A stretch of 64,000 bases of DNA, from positions 1-64,000 of the forward strand of contig CAXXYE010000009.1 of assembly GCA_963674865.2 (NCBI GenBank), written 5' to 3'. Every line of letters begins with the position of its first letter. Within the stretch, counting starts at the first letter, position 1. A model generated the notes under the pieces. The model was not told the DNA's origin, did no database searches, and saw only the letters and a program-made list of their open reading frames with translations. Positions 1 to 9,909 of the stretch are shown here, one piece after another. The DNA comes from Candidatus Hydrogenedentota bacterium (lineage in GTDB: Bacteria; Hydrogenedentota; Hydrogenedentia; Hydrogenedentales; SLHB01). The translations under genes were made by a program, and so were the position numbers.

Positions 1-773
1 TACGGCAGCGCCGGCTTCACCATGACGATATCGGCCCCTTCCTCGATATCCAGCGCAATCTCCCGCATGGCCTCCCGCGCGTTCGCCGGATCCATCTGGT
101 AGGAGGACCGATCGCCGAATTGCGGCGGCGATTCCGCGGCATCCCGAAAGGGCCCGTAGAAAGCCGACGCGTACTTCGCACTGTAGGCCATGATAGGAAC
201 GTCCGTGGCGTTGGCCTCGTCGAGGGCGCGGCGGATGGCGCCCACGCGGCCGTCCATCATGTCCGACGGCGCCACCATGTCCGCCCCCGCGGCCACGTGC
301 GCCAGAGCCTCCTTGACAAGCAGATCGAGCGTGGCGTCGTTATCTACGTCGCGGACGCCGTCGCGGTTTTCAGCAATGACGCCACAATGGCCGTGGTCGG
401 CATATTCGCAGAGACAGACATCCGTGATGACGCACAAGGCGGGACAGGCCTTCTTGACGGCCTCCACGGCGCGGCACACCACGGCGTCTGCAGCGTAGGC
501 CCAGGAGCCGGCCGCGTCCTTGCGCTCCGGAATGCCGAAGAGGATCACCGCCGGCACACCGGCTCCCTCAACGGCCTTGGCCTCTTCAACCAACGTGTCC
601 GGCGAGAACTGATAGTTCCCAGGCATGGACGTGATGGGATTTCGTACACCCTTTCCAGGACGAACGAACAGGGGCATGATGACGTCATCAACACTGAGAC
701 GCGTCTCACGCACCATCCGCCGAAGCGTCGGGTTTCTGCGCAGGCGTCGGAGTCGTGTCGTCGGAAAACTCAT
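1..773 (-). CDS. hemB: Porphobilinogen synthase (ALA dehydratase), 3' end runs off the window
   Basis: Manual translation from ATG at 773 gives MSFPTTRLRRLRRNPTLRRMVRETRLSVDDVIMPLFV, then DVCLCEYADHGHCG (Zn site), VAPSDMMDGRV, YSAKYASAFYGPFRDA and VMVKPALP. Confidence 0.97.
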   Translation of the reverse strand, partial: MSFPTTRLRRLRRNPTLRRMVRETRLSVDDVIMPLFVRPGKGVRNPITSMPGNYQFSPDTLVEEAKAVEGAGVPAVILFGIPERKDAAGSWAYAADAVVCRAVEAVKKACPALCVITDVCLCEYADHGHCGVIAENRDGVRDVDNDATLDLLVKEALAHVAAGADMVAPSDMMDGRVGAIRRALDEANATDVPIMAYSAKYASAFYGPFRDAAESPPQFGDRSSYQMDPANAREAMREIALDIEEGADIVMVKPALP

Positions 774-894
774 GGTGTTCTCCCAATCATAATAGGGACA
801 ATGGCCAGGCACGCGTCGTCAGCCCAGAACCGCGCGGGGCTAACATATCGCCGGACATGAACGTAAGTTCTTGAACTGCCGGGCGCAATAGAGT

Positions 895-1537
895 TCACGT
901 GTCGAGCTGGGCCCTAGCCGTGTAGCTGGCGCTCGCCACAATCTCCGCCACCCGCTCGGCGTGCGACAGAATCTCCGTTACGAGCTTACGATCCGGTGAA
1001 TCCTCTGGCAAGTCTTCCGACAGGATGGTGGCCGCGGCAAAAAGCGCCTGCAGCGAGGCGTTGACCTTCTGCGACAATGTCGCGAATACTTCCTGCAGGG
1101 ATGTGTGGCTGGCGCCCCCCGACATCGAGGCCCGTTCAGCAAGTTCGCGCTGCAACCGGCTTATGCGGAGCGTCGCTCTGACCCCACGCCCGGAGGGCGA
1201 CGTCGTCAATCGGCTTCGTGAGGTACCCATCAGCCCCCGCCTCAAGCCCCCGGCGGATACTCTCGTCGTCCGTTCTCACCGCCGACACCAGCACAATAGG
1301 GATGCCCGCCGTCTGCTCATCTTGCTTGAGCCGACGACACACCTCGATACCGTCCAGGTCCGGAAGGGCTACATCCAGCAGGATCAGGTCAAAGGTCGGA
1401 TTGCTGGACACAAGCTCCATGGCTGCCTGCCCTCCGTCAGCAGCGATCAGTTCGTGGCCGTCTTTGCCCAGCAGAGTTCTCAGGATACTGAGATTCACCG
1501 GGTTGTCATCTACGAGCAGAATGGTAGCTGGTTCCAT
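895..1537 (-). CDS. Response regulator (REC) fused to a HisKA-like helical domain, split by a +1 frameshift near 1182-1185
   Basis: ORF 1136..1537 has ILLVDD, DLILLDVALPDLDG and GADGYLTKP. Removing one G from the G4 run joins it to ORF 895..1245 (WVRATLRISRLQRELAE...LSQKVNASLQAL). Confidence 0.8.
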
Positions 1538-1792
1538 GCCCCGTTACCCTCGGCCTAGTCCCAAAGATGCCTAGAACGCCCTCACAATCATCCAGAATAC
1601 ACCTTTTCCATTACTTTGGCAATGACATTGCTGGCGACATCGAGCACTGCTGGCCGGATGGAGGATCAACCGCACGCCAAATCATTGCGAGGAAAAGAAC
1701 TGGTGCGATGTGCGGCCAAACCGGCTTGGTGAGCAGGTGTCAAAGGACAAGGCCGCTTCAGAGCGCGGCGGGTACGGCGTACCTTCCTGCGC

Positions 1793-2347
1793 TTAGCGGC
1801 CTGAGACGTTTGTGAGTGGATAGCTGTGCACCGGGCCGAAGCGGCTGTAAGGCGAGTAGATCCATCGGACTTTGCCTACTACCGCGTCCAAGGGCACGCC
1901 TCGCAAGTCGTTGTGGCTATCTTCGCTCAAGTTGCGGTTGTCCCCGAGCAGGAACGCCTCTCCTTCCGCCACCGTCACGGGGCCGAATTCGTAGGCCATC
2001 GGCTCAAACACGTAAGGCTCCGAGGCATACTCCTCGTTCAAGGAGAGCGCCCCCCCTTCCACCTTCACTTCGTCGCCGCCCAAGCCAACAATGCGTTTGA
2101 CCACATACTCTTTCTTGCCCTCCGACTGCTCGCGCACAACGACGACGTCTCCCCGCTGGTACGTCCCCGCCGTCAACGTGACGAGATAGTCCTTGGGATA
2201 GAGCGTGGGCTCCATGCTCCTCGAGGGCACCATGAAAAACCGCATACCTCGAAATCCAAAGAGGTAGATTAGGCAGACTAGGGCAATGAGGAGAAAGATC
2301 TTCGCGGCCAGCGTGCTGCGCCTGGCCTTTCGTTGTTCTCTCACCAT
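1793..2347 (-). CDS. lepB: Signal peptidase I
   Basis: TM segment, then VPSRSMEPTL (catalytic Ser), YVVKRIVG (catalytic Lys) and LGDNRNLSEDS. Start placed at the ATG at 2347. Confidence 0.93.
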   Translation of the reverse strand: MVREQRKARRSTLAAKIFLLIALVCLIYLFGFRGMRFFMVPSRSMEPTLYPKDYLVTLTAGTYQRGDVVVVREQSEGKKEYVVKRIVGLGGDEVKVEGGALSLNEEYASEPYVFEPMAYEFGPVTVAEGEAFLLGDNRNLSEDSHNDLRGVPLDAVVGKVRWIYSPYSRFGPVHSYPLTNVSGR

Positions 2348-2426
2348 GCGCCTTTCGCGGCTAGCTTGCCCGCAGTGGGTGGCCAGGGGATGAAGCGCGG
2401 GCACGTATTCTGACGTGAGGAGTGCA

Positions 2427-3374
2427 TCACGTCCCGCTTCCACGCATTTCATCGAGAAGCCGGGAGGCCACCTCGTTGCCGGGATGGATCGCCAGTGCCT
2501 CTTTCAGACACGCCACGGCGTGTTTCTTGTCTCCCGCCCGCTTCCAAACTCGCGCCTCATTCAGCCACGTGTAGAACCGGCTATCGTCGTCGTCGGCGTA
2601 CAAACGCGCCGCCTGCCAGGCCTTAGCCGCTTCCCGCCAGTCGGCGTCCACGTCGAAATTCTCGGCGGCGTAGAAGTTGACCGCGTAATCCTGCCGGAGT
2701 TCGTAGTCCGTCTTCCGCGAGTTTGGCGGCTTTCCGCGACATCTTCATGGCTTCGTGGTAGACCTTCTTCTTGGGCCATTCGTAGCGTTTCGCGACTTGG
2801 GGGTAAAAATTCAGGTAGAGCTGCGTAGCGTTGTAGAGGAAATCAGGGTTGTCGGGTTCGACCTCGAGCGCCTCCTCCATGTATCTCAACCCCGCTTCGG
2901 TAGTCGCCGAAGTGGCAGAAGTGCAATGCGAGATTATTGCGCGGTGCTCCGAGATGTCTATCGGCGTAGGAGGCGAGCTTCCAGTACCGGACGGCGGCCC
3001 ACAGGCCTCGTTCAGGTGATGTAGTCGTAGAGGAGTTCCCCGTAGTAGTTGTTGGCCCGAGCGTTCTTGGGATAGCGTGCCAGAACCTCATCGTACGCCT
3101 GACGGATCAACTCAAACCGGGCACTCGCCTGGCGCAGTTTCGCCTTCGCCAGGTCGTATTCGCCGGCTGCCTGATGCGACTCCGCCAGTGTGATGTCCCA
3201 GTTCGCCAGCGCGGCGTTTTGCACGTCGAATGCGCGCGCCGCATCTACGAGGCGTGCCTCATTGCCCGCCACGGCCGCGAGATGCCGAAGTTCATCCGGC
3301 AGTGTTCCCGCGTCCTGTGCGACAAGGGATGCGCAAACCGTGGCACATGTCAGTATCAGGTTCATGGTGCTCAC
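2427..3374 (-). CDS. Secreted TPR-repeat protein interrupted by about three frameshifts (probably assembly errors)
   Basis: Consecutive ORF pieces 3012..3374, 2843..3091, 2623..2889 and 2427..2651 carry TPR-like segments (YPKNARANNYYGELL, ALEVEPDNPDFLYN, ALAIHPGNEVA) and an N-terminal signal peptide. Confidence 0.7.
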
Positions 3375-3522
3375 GTCCTCATAGTGGCCGGTCAGCCCGA
3401 CAGTGCTGCGCGCTCGGAGCCTGGAAGCAACATCGTTCGTAGGCCGAGCACACTGATCCTAGAACCAACGCGTTTCTGTTTCAACTCTATGATAAGGCAC
3501 TGGAGACAGCCCACGGATGCGG

Positions 3523-4455
3523 TTATAAGAGTGCTTGCCATACGTGAGCACGCACCGGCCGGAGCACGGCGAATCCCAGCCGCTCGTAGAGCTCCCGGGC
3601 GGGATTGTCCATTGTAACACCGAGGGCGATTCGGGCCATTCCCGTCTCACGAAAGGCCACTGCCTGCTCCCGCAGCAGCCGCGTTCCCAATCCTTTGCCC
3701 TGGAAAGCGGGCGCCACCGCCACTTGGAGAATAAAACCGATGTCCGGGCCGATCTCGCAGCCGGCGATTACACCTGCGCATTGGCCGGATTTCCGGATTA
3801 GCCTGCTGAAGCTGCGTCGTGCCAAGCCAAAGCCGCCGTCCGCCACGCGCTCGAGGAATGCCCTCGCGGCAGCCGTGTCGCCTACATCGCTGTGGAGCTT
3901 GCGGTCCGGATGGCCTTCATACGCGGCTATTATGACCTCCGCCGCATCGCCCCGGTCCGCTTCCGTGATCGGTACGCTCTCGGGAAGGCCCCACGGCGCT
4001 AAACCGGGCGCCGACGCGGCGGCCGCCATGACAGCACGCTCAACGGACTCGAAGCCAAGCGAGCCGAAGGTTGTCCCCAGGTCCTCGGCGTAGAGCGGAA
4101 CGAACTCAGAGAGGATTCTCTTTGCCCCGCTCTCCCGCAGCATCCGGACGGACTCCGCGACCAAGCGCTCCTCCACCCCCTGCCGCAGGTAGTGTTCCAG
4201 CACGTGTACCAGCGTGATCTCGCCGGTGTTGTCGCGCGAAGCAGCCATCAGAACTCCGGCAGCGTCCGGGCCGTCGAATAGTCCGACGACGTCCACGGCC
4301 GTGCTCTCAACGGCCGCCCCAAACAGGTCACGTGCACGCCGGCGATACTCTTCCGCCGATGCCGCGCCGTAGAGCCCCTCGATTCCGCAGGCCAGTTCTT
4401 CGACGAAGGCGCTGAAGTTGCGGGGCAGTTTGTGCCATCTCCGGAGGCTTAACAT
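3523..4455 (-). CDS. Tandem-domain GNAT N-acetyltransferase
   Basis: Two acetyl-CoA-binding motifs (VLEHYLRQGVE; VAVAPAFQGKGLG) and NPARELYERLGF. Confidence 0.88.
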   Translation of the reverse strand: MLSLRRWHKLPRNFSAFVEELACGIEGLYGAASAEEYRRRARDLFGAAVESTAVDVVGLFDGPDAAGVLMAASRDNTGEITLVHVLEHYLRQGVEERLVAESVRMLRESGAKRILSEFVPLYAEDLGTTFGSLGFESVERAVMAAAASAPGLAPWGLPESVPITEADRGDAAEVIIAAYEGHPDRKLHSDVGDTAAARAFLERVADGGFGLARRSFSRLIRKSGQCAGVIAGCEIGPDIGFILQVAVAPAFQGKGLGTRLLREQAVAFRETGMARIALGVTMDNPARELYERLGFAVLRPVRAHVWQALL

Positions 4456-4485
4456 ATGTTCGTTGTGCGTCCCAGCGCCCAGCGT

Positions 4486-5073
4486 TCAGAACCGGTTTTC
4501 CGTGCCGCGAAGAATGCGCTGGATGTTCGAGCGATGCCGTACGATTACCCAAAGCGCAACTGCCGACGCCAGCGCCCGCATCGGCCAGTCGTCCGAAAGT
4601 GCCCATACACTCATGGCGAGGGCTAGTGCCGCACAGATCGAGCCGACACTGACCATCCGCGTGAGTCCAACGAGCGCGGCGAATGTCGCCACGGCGATTG
4701 CCGTAGGTATAGGGCATAGGCTCGCGAACACCCCCGCACTGGTGGCGATGCCTTTGCCTCCTCGGAACTTGAGAAACACTGAGCCTGTATGGCCCACAAT
4801 GGCCGCAAGGCCGCATAGCAAGGTTGCGTGGGGCCACGGACTCAGGCGCGCAAACACCAGCACGGCCACGACGCCTTTGGCCATGTCTCCCGCGAGAGCC
4901 AACGCCCCCATCTTCTTTCCGAGAACGCGCAGGGCGTTCGTTGCGCCGATATTCTTGCTGCCGTGTTGGCGAATGTCCACGCCACAAAGCCAACGGCCCA
5001 GCCACAAACCTGTGGGGACGGATCCCACAACATAGGAGAGAATCAGGGCCAAGATACTTGGCAGCGGCGTCAT
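4486..5073 (-). CDS. plsY: Glycerol-3-phosphate 1-O-acyltransferase PlsY
   Basis: GSVPTG, DIRQHGSKNIGATNALR, FRGGKGIAT, RHRSNIQR. Lies directly downstream of der. Confidence 0.96.
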   Translation of the reverse strand: MTPLPSILALILSYVVGSVPTGLWLGRWLCGVDIRQHGSKNIGATNALRVLGKKMGALALAGDMAKGVVAVLVFARLSPWPHATLLCGLAAIVGHTGSVFLKFRGGKGIATSAGVFASLCPIPTAIAVATFAALVGLTRMVSVGSICAALALAMSVWALSDDWPMRALASAVALWVIVRHRSNIQRILRGTENRF

Positions 5074-6419
5074 CGCGAGCCCTCGCGTTTCTCGCGCAGT
5101 TCGAGGTGAATGGGCACCCCTTCGAAGCCGTAGGCCGCGCGCAACTGATTTTCGATGTGCCGCAAGTAGGCGAAGTGAAAGAGCTGCTTGTTATTCACAA
5201 AGAGGAGAAACCGCGTAGGCTTCACGGCCGCCTGTGTCGCGTAGTAGATCCTGGCCCGCTTGCCCTTGTGCATGGCGGGCGCGACTCGCGCGCCCAGCCG
5301 TTTGATGAAGTCGTTCAGCTTGGGCGTGGCGATTCGCTTGGCCGCCTCCTCGGCTACCCGGTCGATGTACTCGAAGGACTTGAACAGCCGCTGGCGCGTC
5401 ACGCTCGACAAGGTAAGCACGGGCACATGTTTCAGAAAAGGCGCCTTGCGCTCCAGTTCCTCTCCAATTGCTTTGAGCCGCGTCGTCTTGTCTTCCACCA
5501 AGTCCCACTTCGTATAGACAAGTACCATGCCCGTGCCAGCCTCCCGGACATAGTCCAGGATGCGTTTGTCCTGTTGCGATATACCTTCCGTGGCGTCCAT
5601 CATAACGAGGCACACGTCCGCTCGGCGAATGGCCCGCAAGGCGCGGCTCACACTGAAATGCTCAACCTTCGCTTTGATGCCGGCCTTTTTCCGCATCCCG
5701 GCCGTATCAATGAAGATGTAGTCTTTGTCCTGCCACCGCAGGGCAACATCAATGGCGTCCCGCGTCGTACCGGGCGTCGGGTCGACGATACTTCTTTCCT
5801 CATTGAGGATCGCGTTGACGAATGACGATTTTCCCACGTTCGGCTTGCCGATCACGGCGATCCGCGTCACCTCCGCGGGCGCTTCCGCTTCTGTTTCATC
5901 GGGCTCCGTCTCGGGTAGGTGTGCCGCGATGGCCTCCGCCAGGCCGTCCATGCCGAGATTATGGCTGGCGGAGATGGCATACGGCTCGCCGAATCCAAGG
6001 GAGCAGAAATCCCACTGGTGCGACGCCAGGACGTCATTGTCGAGCTTGTTGACCGCCAGCAGGACGGGCTTGCCATACGTGAACAGCTCATCGCGGACAT
6101 CTTCGTCGATGCGGGTGATCTCCTGCTGCCCATCCACCACGAACACGATGACGCACGCCTCACCTAAGGCTACACGAACCTGCTCTTGCATCTTCCGCAC
6201 TACGTGGTCAATGGGATCCTCCACGATGCCGCCTGTGTCTACGACACGGAACGAGCGCCCTTCCCACTGCGCCGTGCCGTAGAATCTGTCCCGAGTGATT
6301 CCCTCCTCTGCGTGGACGATCGCGCGCGCCTTACCTGTCAAACGGTTGAAGAGGGTGGATTTGCCCACGTTCGGCCGGCCGCAGATTGCCACCAACGGTA
6401 GTTCGCGTTGCTTACTCAT
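5070..6419 (-). CDS. der: Ribosome biogenesis GTPase Der (EngA)
   Basis: Two G domains (GRPNVGKS..DTGG..NKLD; GKPNVGKS..DTAG..TKWD) and a C-terminal KH-like domain. Confidence 0.98.
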   Translation of the reverse strand: MSKQRELPLVAICGRPNVGKSTLFNRLTGKARAIVHAEEGITRDRFYGTAQWEGRSFRVVDTGGIVEDPIDHVVRKMQEQVRVALGEACVIVFVVDGQQEITRIDEDVRDELFTYGKPVLLAVNKLDNDVLASHQWDFCSLGFGEPYAISASHNLGMDGLAEAIAAHLPETEPDETEAEAPAEVTRIAVIGKPNVGKSSFVNAILNEERSIVDPTPGTTRDAIDVALRWQDKDYIFIDTAGMRKKAGIKAKVEHFSVSRALRAIRRADVCLVMMDATEGISQQDKRILDYVREAGTGMVLVYTKWDLVEDKTTRLKAIGEELERKAPFLKHVPVLTLSSVTRQRLFKSFEYIDRVAEEAAKRIATPKLNDFIKRLGARVAPAMHKGKRARIYYATQAAVKPTRFLLFVNNKQLFHFAYLRHIENQLRAAYGFEGVPIHLELREKREGSR

Positions 6420-6970
6420 CAGGCTACATCCTCATTGCCGACTTGACGGACGCCGACGTAGAGGTAGTCGAAAAACGACACCACCGATATCCCGAGCGTC
6501 GCCATAAGCAGGGCATAGGCAAAACTCACTTCAAGCAAGACCGCGGCAATGGAACTCATCTGAAACACGGTTGTCAGTTTTCCTAGAAGTCGAGGTTTGA
6601 CGCGCACCGGGCCGAAGAATTCATTTATCAGGTACGACCCCATCACGATGATGGCGTCCCGGCCCAAAATAATGACGGGGAACCAGCCTGGCACGGGCGT
6701 TTTGAAGGCATTATTCCAAGCGAGGAAGACAAAAGCGATATTGATCATCAATTTGTCTGCAAGCGGGTCTAGAACCGTGCCCAGCCGTGTCTTCTGGTCA
6801 TACACCCGCGCAACGAAACCGTCCAACGCATCCGAAAGAGCGGCGCCGATGTAGACGACCACGGCGGTGAGGCGTACCCACTGCCGGTCCTGCGTGTAGC
6901 TCATGACGAGTACCGCGAACACCGGAACGGACACCAAGCGCACTAACGTAATGCGGTTCGCGAGGGTCAC
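6419..6970 (-). CDS. pgsA: CDP-alcohol phosphatidyltransferase (PgsA-like)
   Basis: TLANRITLVR and DALDGFVAR...LGTVLDPLADKL. GTG start at 6970. Confidence 0.85.
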   Translation of the reverse strand: MTLANRITLVRLVSVPVFAVLVMSYTQDRQWVRLTAVVVYIGAALSDALDGFVARVYDQKTRLGTVLDPLADKLMINIAFVFLAWNNAFKTPVPGWFPVIILGRDAIIVMGSYLINEFFGPVRVKPRLLGKLTTVFQMSSIAAVLLEVSFAYALLMATLGISVVSFFDYLYVGVRQVGNEDVA

Positions 6971-7150
6971 GGTTGAGCCCCTGCCAAAGGAGGATAGTCC
7001 CGCCGACGCACAACGGCACAAGTATACGTTTCCCGCGCAAGAGCGGTCAACGGCGCGGGGAGCGGCTCCGTTTCTGTTCTGCCTGTTGGCTTGCCCGGTA
7101 GGCGCATGCTACACTCGATTACAGGGCCGGGAAGAACGGAGGGAACGCTC

Positions 7151-8230
7151 ATGAGAGGGATGGTGGCGCTCGTCCAGACGACGGCTATGCTCGCGGTGTG
7201 CGTTGCGCTTTGCGCCGCAAACACCGGGTGCGGATACATCGCGGACAAGGATCGTATCAAAGTCGCCCGAATCGGCGACACCTATATCACCCGAGGCGAC
7301 TTCGCCCGAATCCTCCGTGACATGCCCGATCCCGAGCGGCCCGTCATTCAAACCAAGGGCGATTTGAAGCGGGCCTTGGATAATTACATCAACGATCAGA
7401 TCAAGTTGGACGTGGCTTACGAGTTGGAGGCGGAGAACAAGATCAGTGTGCCGCGCGAAGCCGCGCGGGCCGTCTATCTAAGAGAGCATCCCGACTTCCG
7501 AATGCTTGAACACATCACGGATCCTGGTGTTGTAGGCATATCGGCCGCGGATTTCGATGTTCTGAAAGAGGAGGTTGAACTCGGGATCGACCGTGCCATG
7601 AAGAAGATGCTTGGCGAGGAGGCGATTGGGTATCTTGTCAAGCAGCATCTCCAAGACGGCACCATCACCATCAAGGAGGAGCAGCTTGTTGAGGAATACG
7701 AATTGCGCAGGAATGAACTGAAGAACCTGGAGGCCGTTAGGTTTATTGCTTTGAGGTTTCCGATCACCGAAGCGGGGGCGGAGCGGATGGCCGCCGAAGT
7801 CCGTAGGCGGCTGGACGCCGGCGAGAACATCAAGGATGTAGCCAAGGAGTACGCGCAGATAAGCCAGGAATTCGTGCTCCAGGGCGGATACGAGAACGAC
7901 CCGAGCGTTATCGAGTTGCGTAGTTTTTGGGAAAGCGCGTCTGGCGCTCAACCGGGCACGATCATCGGCCCCCTGTTCGTTGAGGAGCACGAATTGATGT
8001 TTACCGGCCCTGACGGCCGGATGTTGGTGCACAAGCTTCCCGCAGCCTTCATGACCCTCCAGATAGTCGATTACCGGCCCGAATCCCCTAAGACGATCGA
8101 GCAGGCCGAACAAGAGCTTCTTCCGTTTATCCTCTATGGCGCGGTTATGTCTCAGCTTCGGCAGGAGAAGAATGTCGAAGTCTACGATGATAAGCTCCCC
8201 GATCCCTCTTATATCTGGCAGGCGCTGTAG
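7151..8230 (+). CDS. Lipoprotein foldase of the SurA/PrsA (parvulin-like) type
   Basis: Lipobox NTGC, VARIGDTYITRGDF, degenerate rotamase region (RLDAGENIKDVAKEYAQ). Confidence 0.65.
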   Translation: MRGMVALVQTTAMLAVCVALCAANTGCGYIADKDRIKVARIGDTYITRGDFARILRDMPDPERPVIQTKGDLKRALDNYINDQIKLDVAYELEAENKISVPREAARAVYLREHPDFRMLEHITDPGVVGISAADFDVLKEEVELGIDRAMKKMLGEEAIGYLVKQHLQDGTITIKEEQLVEEYELRRNELKNLEAVRFIALRFPITEAGAERMAAEVRRRLDAGENIKDVAKEYAQISQEFVLQGGYENDPSVIELRSFWESASGAQPGTIIGPLFVEEHELMFTGPDGRMLVHKLPAAFMTLQIVDYRPESPKTIEQAEQELLPFILYGAVMSQLRQEKNVEVYDDKLPDPSYIWQAL

Positions 8231-8245
8231 GCCTGCTCCCCGTTC

Positions 8246-9871
8246 CTATCCGCCGTCCTGACGCTCGCGCGGCACATAGCGCCCCGGCGCTATCACTCCC
8301 GCGGGATCCAAGGCGTGCTTGATTCGCCCGGCGACCTCCCAGAAAACATCTCCCTCCTTCGACAGTTTCGGTATGCCCCGCAGGCCCGTGCGATAGGGGA
8401 AGTACCCTTCGTCGGTCAATGCCTTGAAGAGCCCGTCGTAGCAGATGCCGGCCCGCACCGTCTCCTCCGCGTCGGATTTGTCATAGGCGATGTTCAGGAT
8501 GCCAATCATGGCCCGCTCATTGATCATCGTAAATGTGGCAAGAGGATCGAAGCTGAACTCCGCGAAGATCGGCTTCACAAGGTCCATAACGCGCGTAGCG
8601 TCCCGGCCCGTCATCGGGACTACCGGCGAGATCCACAACAGGCCACAGCCTGCATCGAGCGGATCGGCTATATTCCCCGCGGGCGGCTGACGGAGCCGCC
8701 ATTGGGCGCCCAGCAGAGGCTCCTCCGTGGGCACGCCCTTAAGGAGGCCGTAGTTCGGTTTCAACGCGTTGAGCCGCCTTGCCAATCCCTTTTCGAGGCC
8801 GAAGGGGCGCAAGATACGCACAGCAATGTCGCCGAGGCGAAGTGTTTTGTCGCCCACGAAGAGGACGCTGCCTAGGGAGCCGACGGCCTTCTTGATCGCC
8901 TTTTTCGAGGCCCGGACGTGCGCTTGAGTTCCCGTAAGACTGCCGCCGACATTCCACGCCCCCAAGCCGCCGGCCCGGCGCAGCCGCGTGAGTACTTCTT
9001 CGGGAAGTGGTGTCGCTCCCCCGGCTTCCTCCCATGGATAGCGTCCCGTGCCGCTCAGAAGGCGGAGATCGTTGCCGATGTGCAGCGTCGTTTGGATGAT
9101 GCCCGCCATCCGCAGCGGACGCAGGCAATCTACCAGCGGGCCGAGATCCGAGTCTCGCGCAACGCGAATACAGAAGAAGCAGAACGCCTCCGGCTCCGGC
9201 ATGAGCCAAAGGCCCAGGCGGGTGACAATCCCAAAATTGGCTTGACAGAAGATTCCGTCGAGAAATGGCCCGACGCCGTAGCGGTACACCCGGCTTGCTC
9301 TGGCATTTGGGAAGTGTTCGAAACCTGTATGTAATACCTGGCCGTCGGCGAGCACGACCTCCATGCCGCACGCCGTGAGGAAATGATCTCCGTAGCGCGT
9401 GTGGCCGAAACCTCGATCGAGCGTGTTCCCCACCAGGCTCGATGCCCCCCCCGCTCCGGTGCAGTCCACCCACAATCGCGTGTTGTTCGAGCGCAGGTAG
9501 TCGTGAAGCTGCTGCTGCGAGACGCCGGCCTCAATGACTGCGTAGCCGAGTTCCGTGTTGACCTCGACGATCCGATTCATGCGACTGAGGTCGATGATGG
9601 CCGCGCCGTCGCACGGTGCGCAGGTATCCCCGTAGCCCCAGTTCTTGCCGCGGGAAATGGGATAGATGGGCGTGCCGCACTCCGATGCCACGCGCGCGAT
9701 AGCTTGGACCTCTTCCGTCGACTCCGGATAGAGAATACACGCGGGATGCGTCTCGTCCGGCTCCGTTGAACGGGCGTACCGGGCCAGGACCTCCCCATCT
9801 GTTACGACTTTCGTCTCCCCGAGCACCGCCCGCCACTCGATACTCGCCCGGGCGACAGAACCCTCGGCCAT
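8246..9871 (-). CDS. FAD-binding oxidoreductase, VAO/p-cresol methylhydroxylase flavoprotein family
   Basis: PISRGKNWGYG, EAGVSQQQL, GNTLDRGFGHTRYGDH, NFGIVT and C-terminal ALDPAGVIAPGRY. Confidence 0.88.
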   Translation of the reverse strand: MAEGSVARASIEWRAVLGETKVVTDGEVLARYARSTEPDETHPACILYPESTEEVQAIARVASECGTPIYPISRGKNWGYGDTCAPCDGAAIIDLSRMNRIVEVNTELGYAVIEAGVSQQQLHDYLRSNNTRLWVDCTGAGGASSLVGNTLDRGFGHTRYGDHFLTACGMEVVLADGQVLHTGFEHFPNARASRVYRYGVGPFLDGIFCQANFGIVTRLGLWLMPEPEAFCFFCIRVARDSDLGPLVDCLRPLRMAGIIQTTLHIGNDLRLLSGTGRYPWEEAGGATPLPEEVLTRLRRAGGLGAWNVGGSLTGTQAHVRASKKAIKKAVGSLGSVLFVGDKTLRLGDIAVRILRPFGLEKGLARRLNALKPNYGLLKGVPTEEPLLGAQWRLRQPPAGNIADPLDAGCGLLWISPVVPMTGRDATRVMDLVKPIFAEFSFDPLATFTMINERAMIGILNIAYDKSDAEETVRAGICYDGLFKALTDEGYFPYRTGLRGIPKLSKEGDVFWEVAGRIKHALDPAGVIAPGRYVPRERQDGG

Positions 9872-9909
9872 TCATTTACCTCCCCGAAGTGAATCCGCTG
9901 GGAATAATA

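Noticed and set aside
120..860. Long antisense or alternative-frame ORFs (e.g. 120..860 +, 4824..5825 +, 12480..13943 +, 48438..49532 -, 54757..55626 -)
   Set aside because: Shadow ORFs of well-supported genes in high-GC DNA, with no recognisable motifs.
1560..1790. Intergenic region with a loose inverted repeat (CCGCAC...GTGCGG)
   Set aside because: Weak pairing, no strand bias or known motif; probably ordinary promoter DNA.
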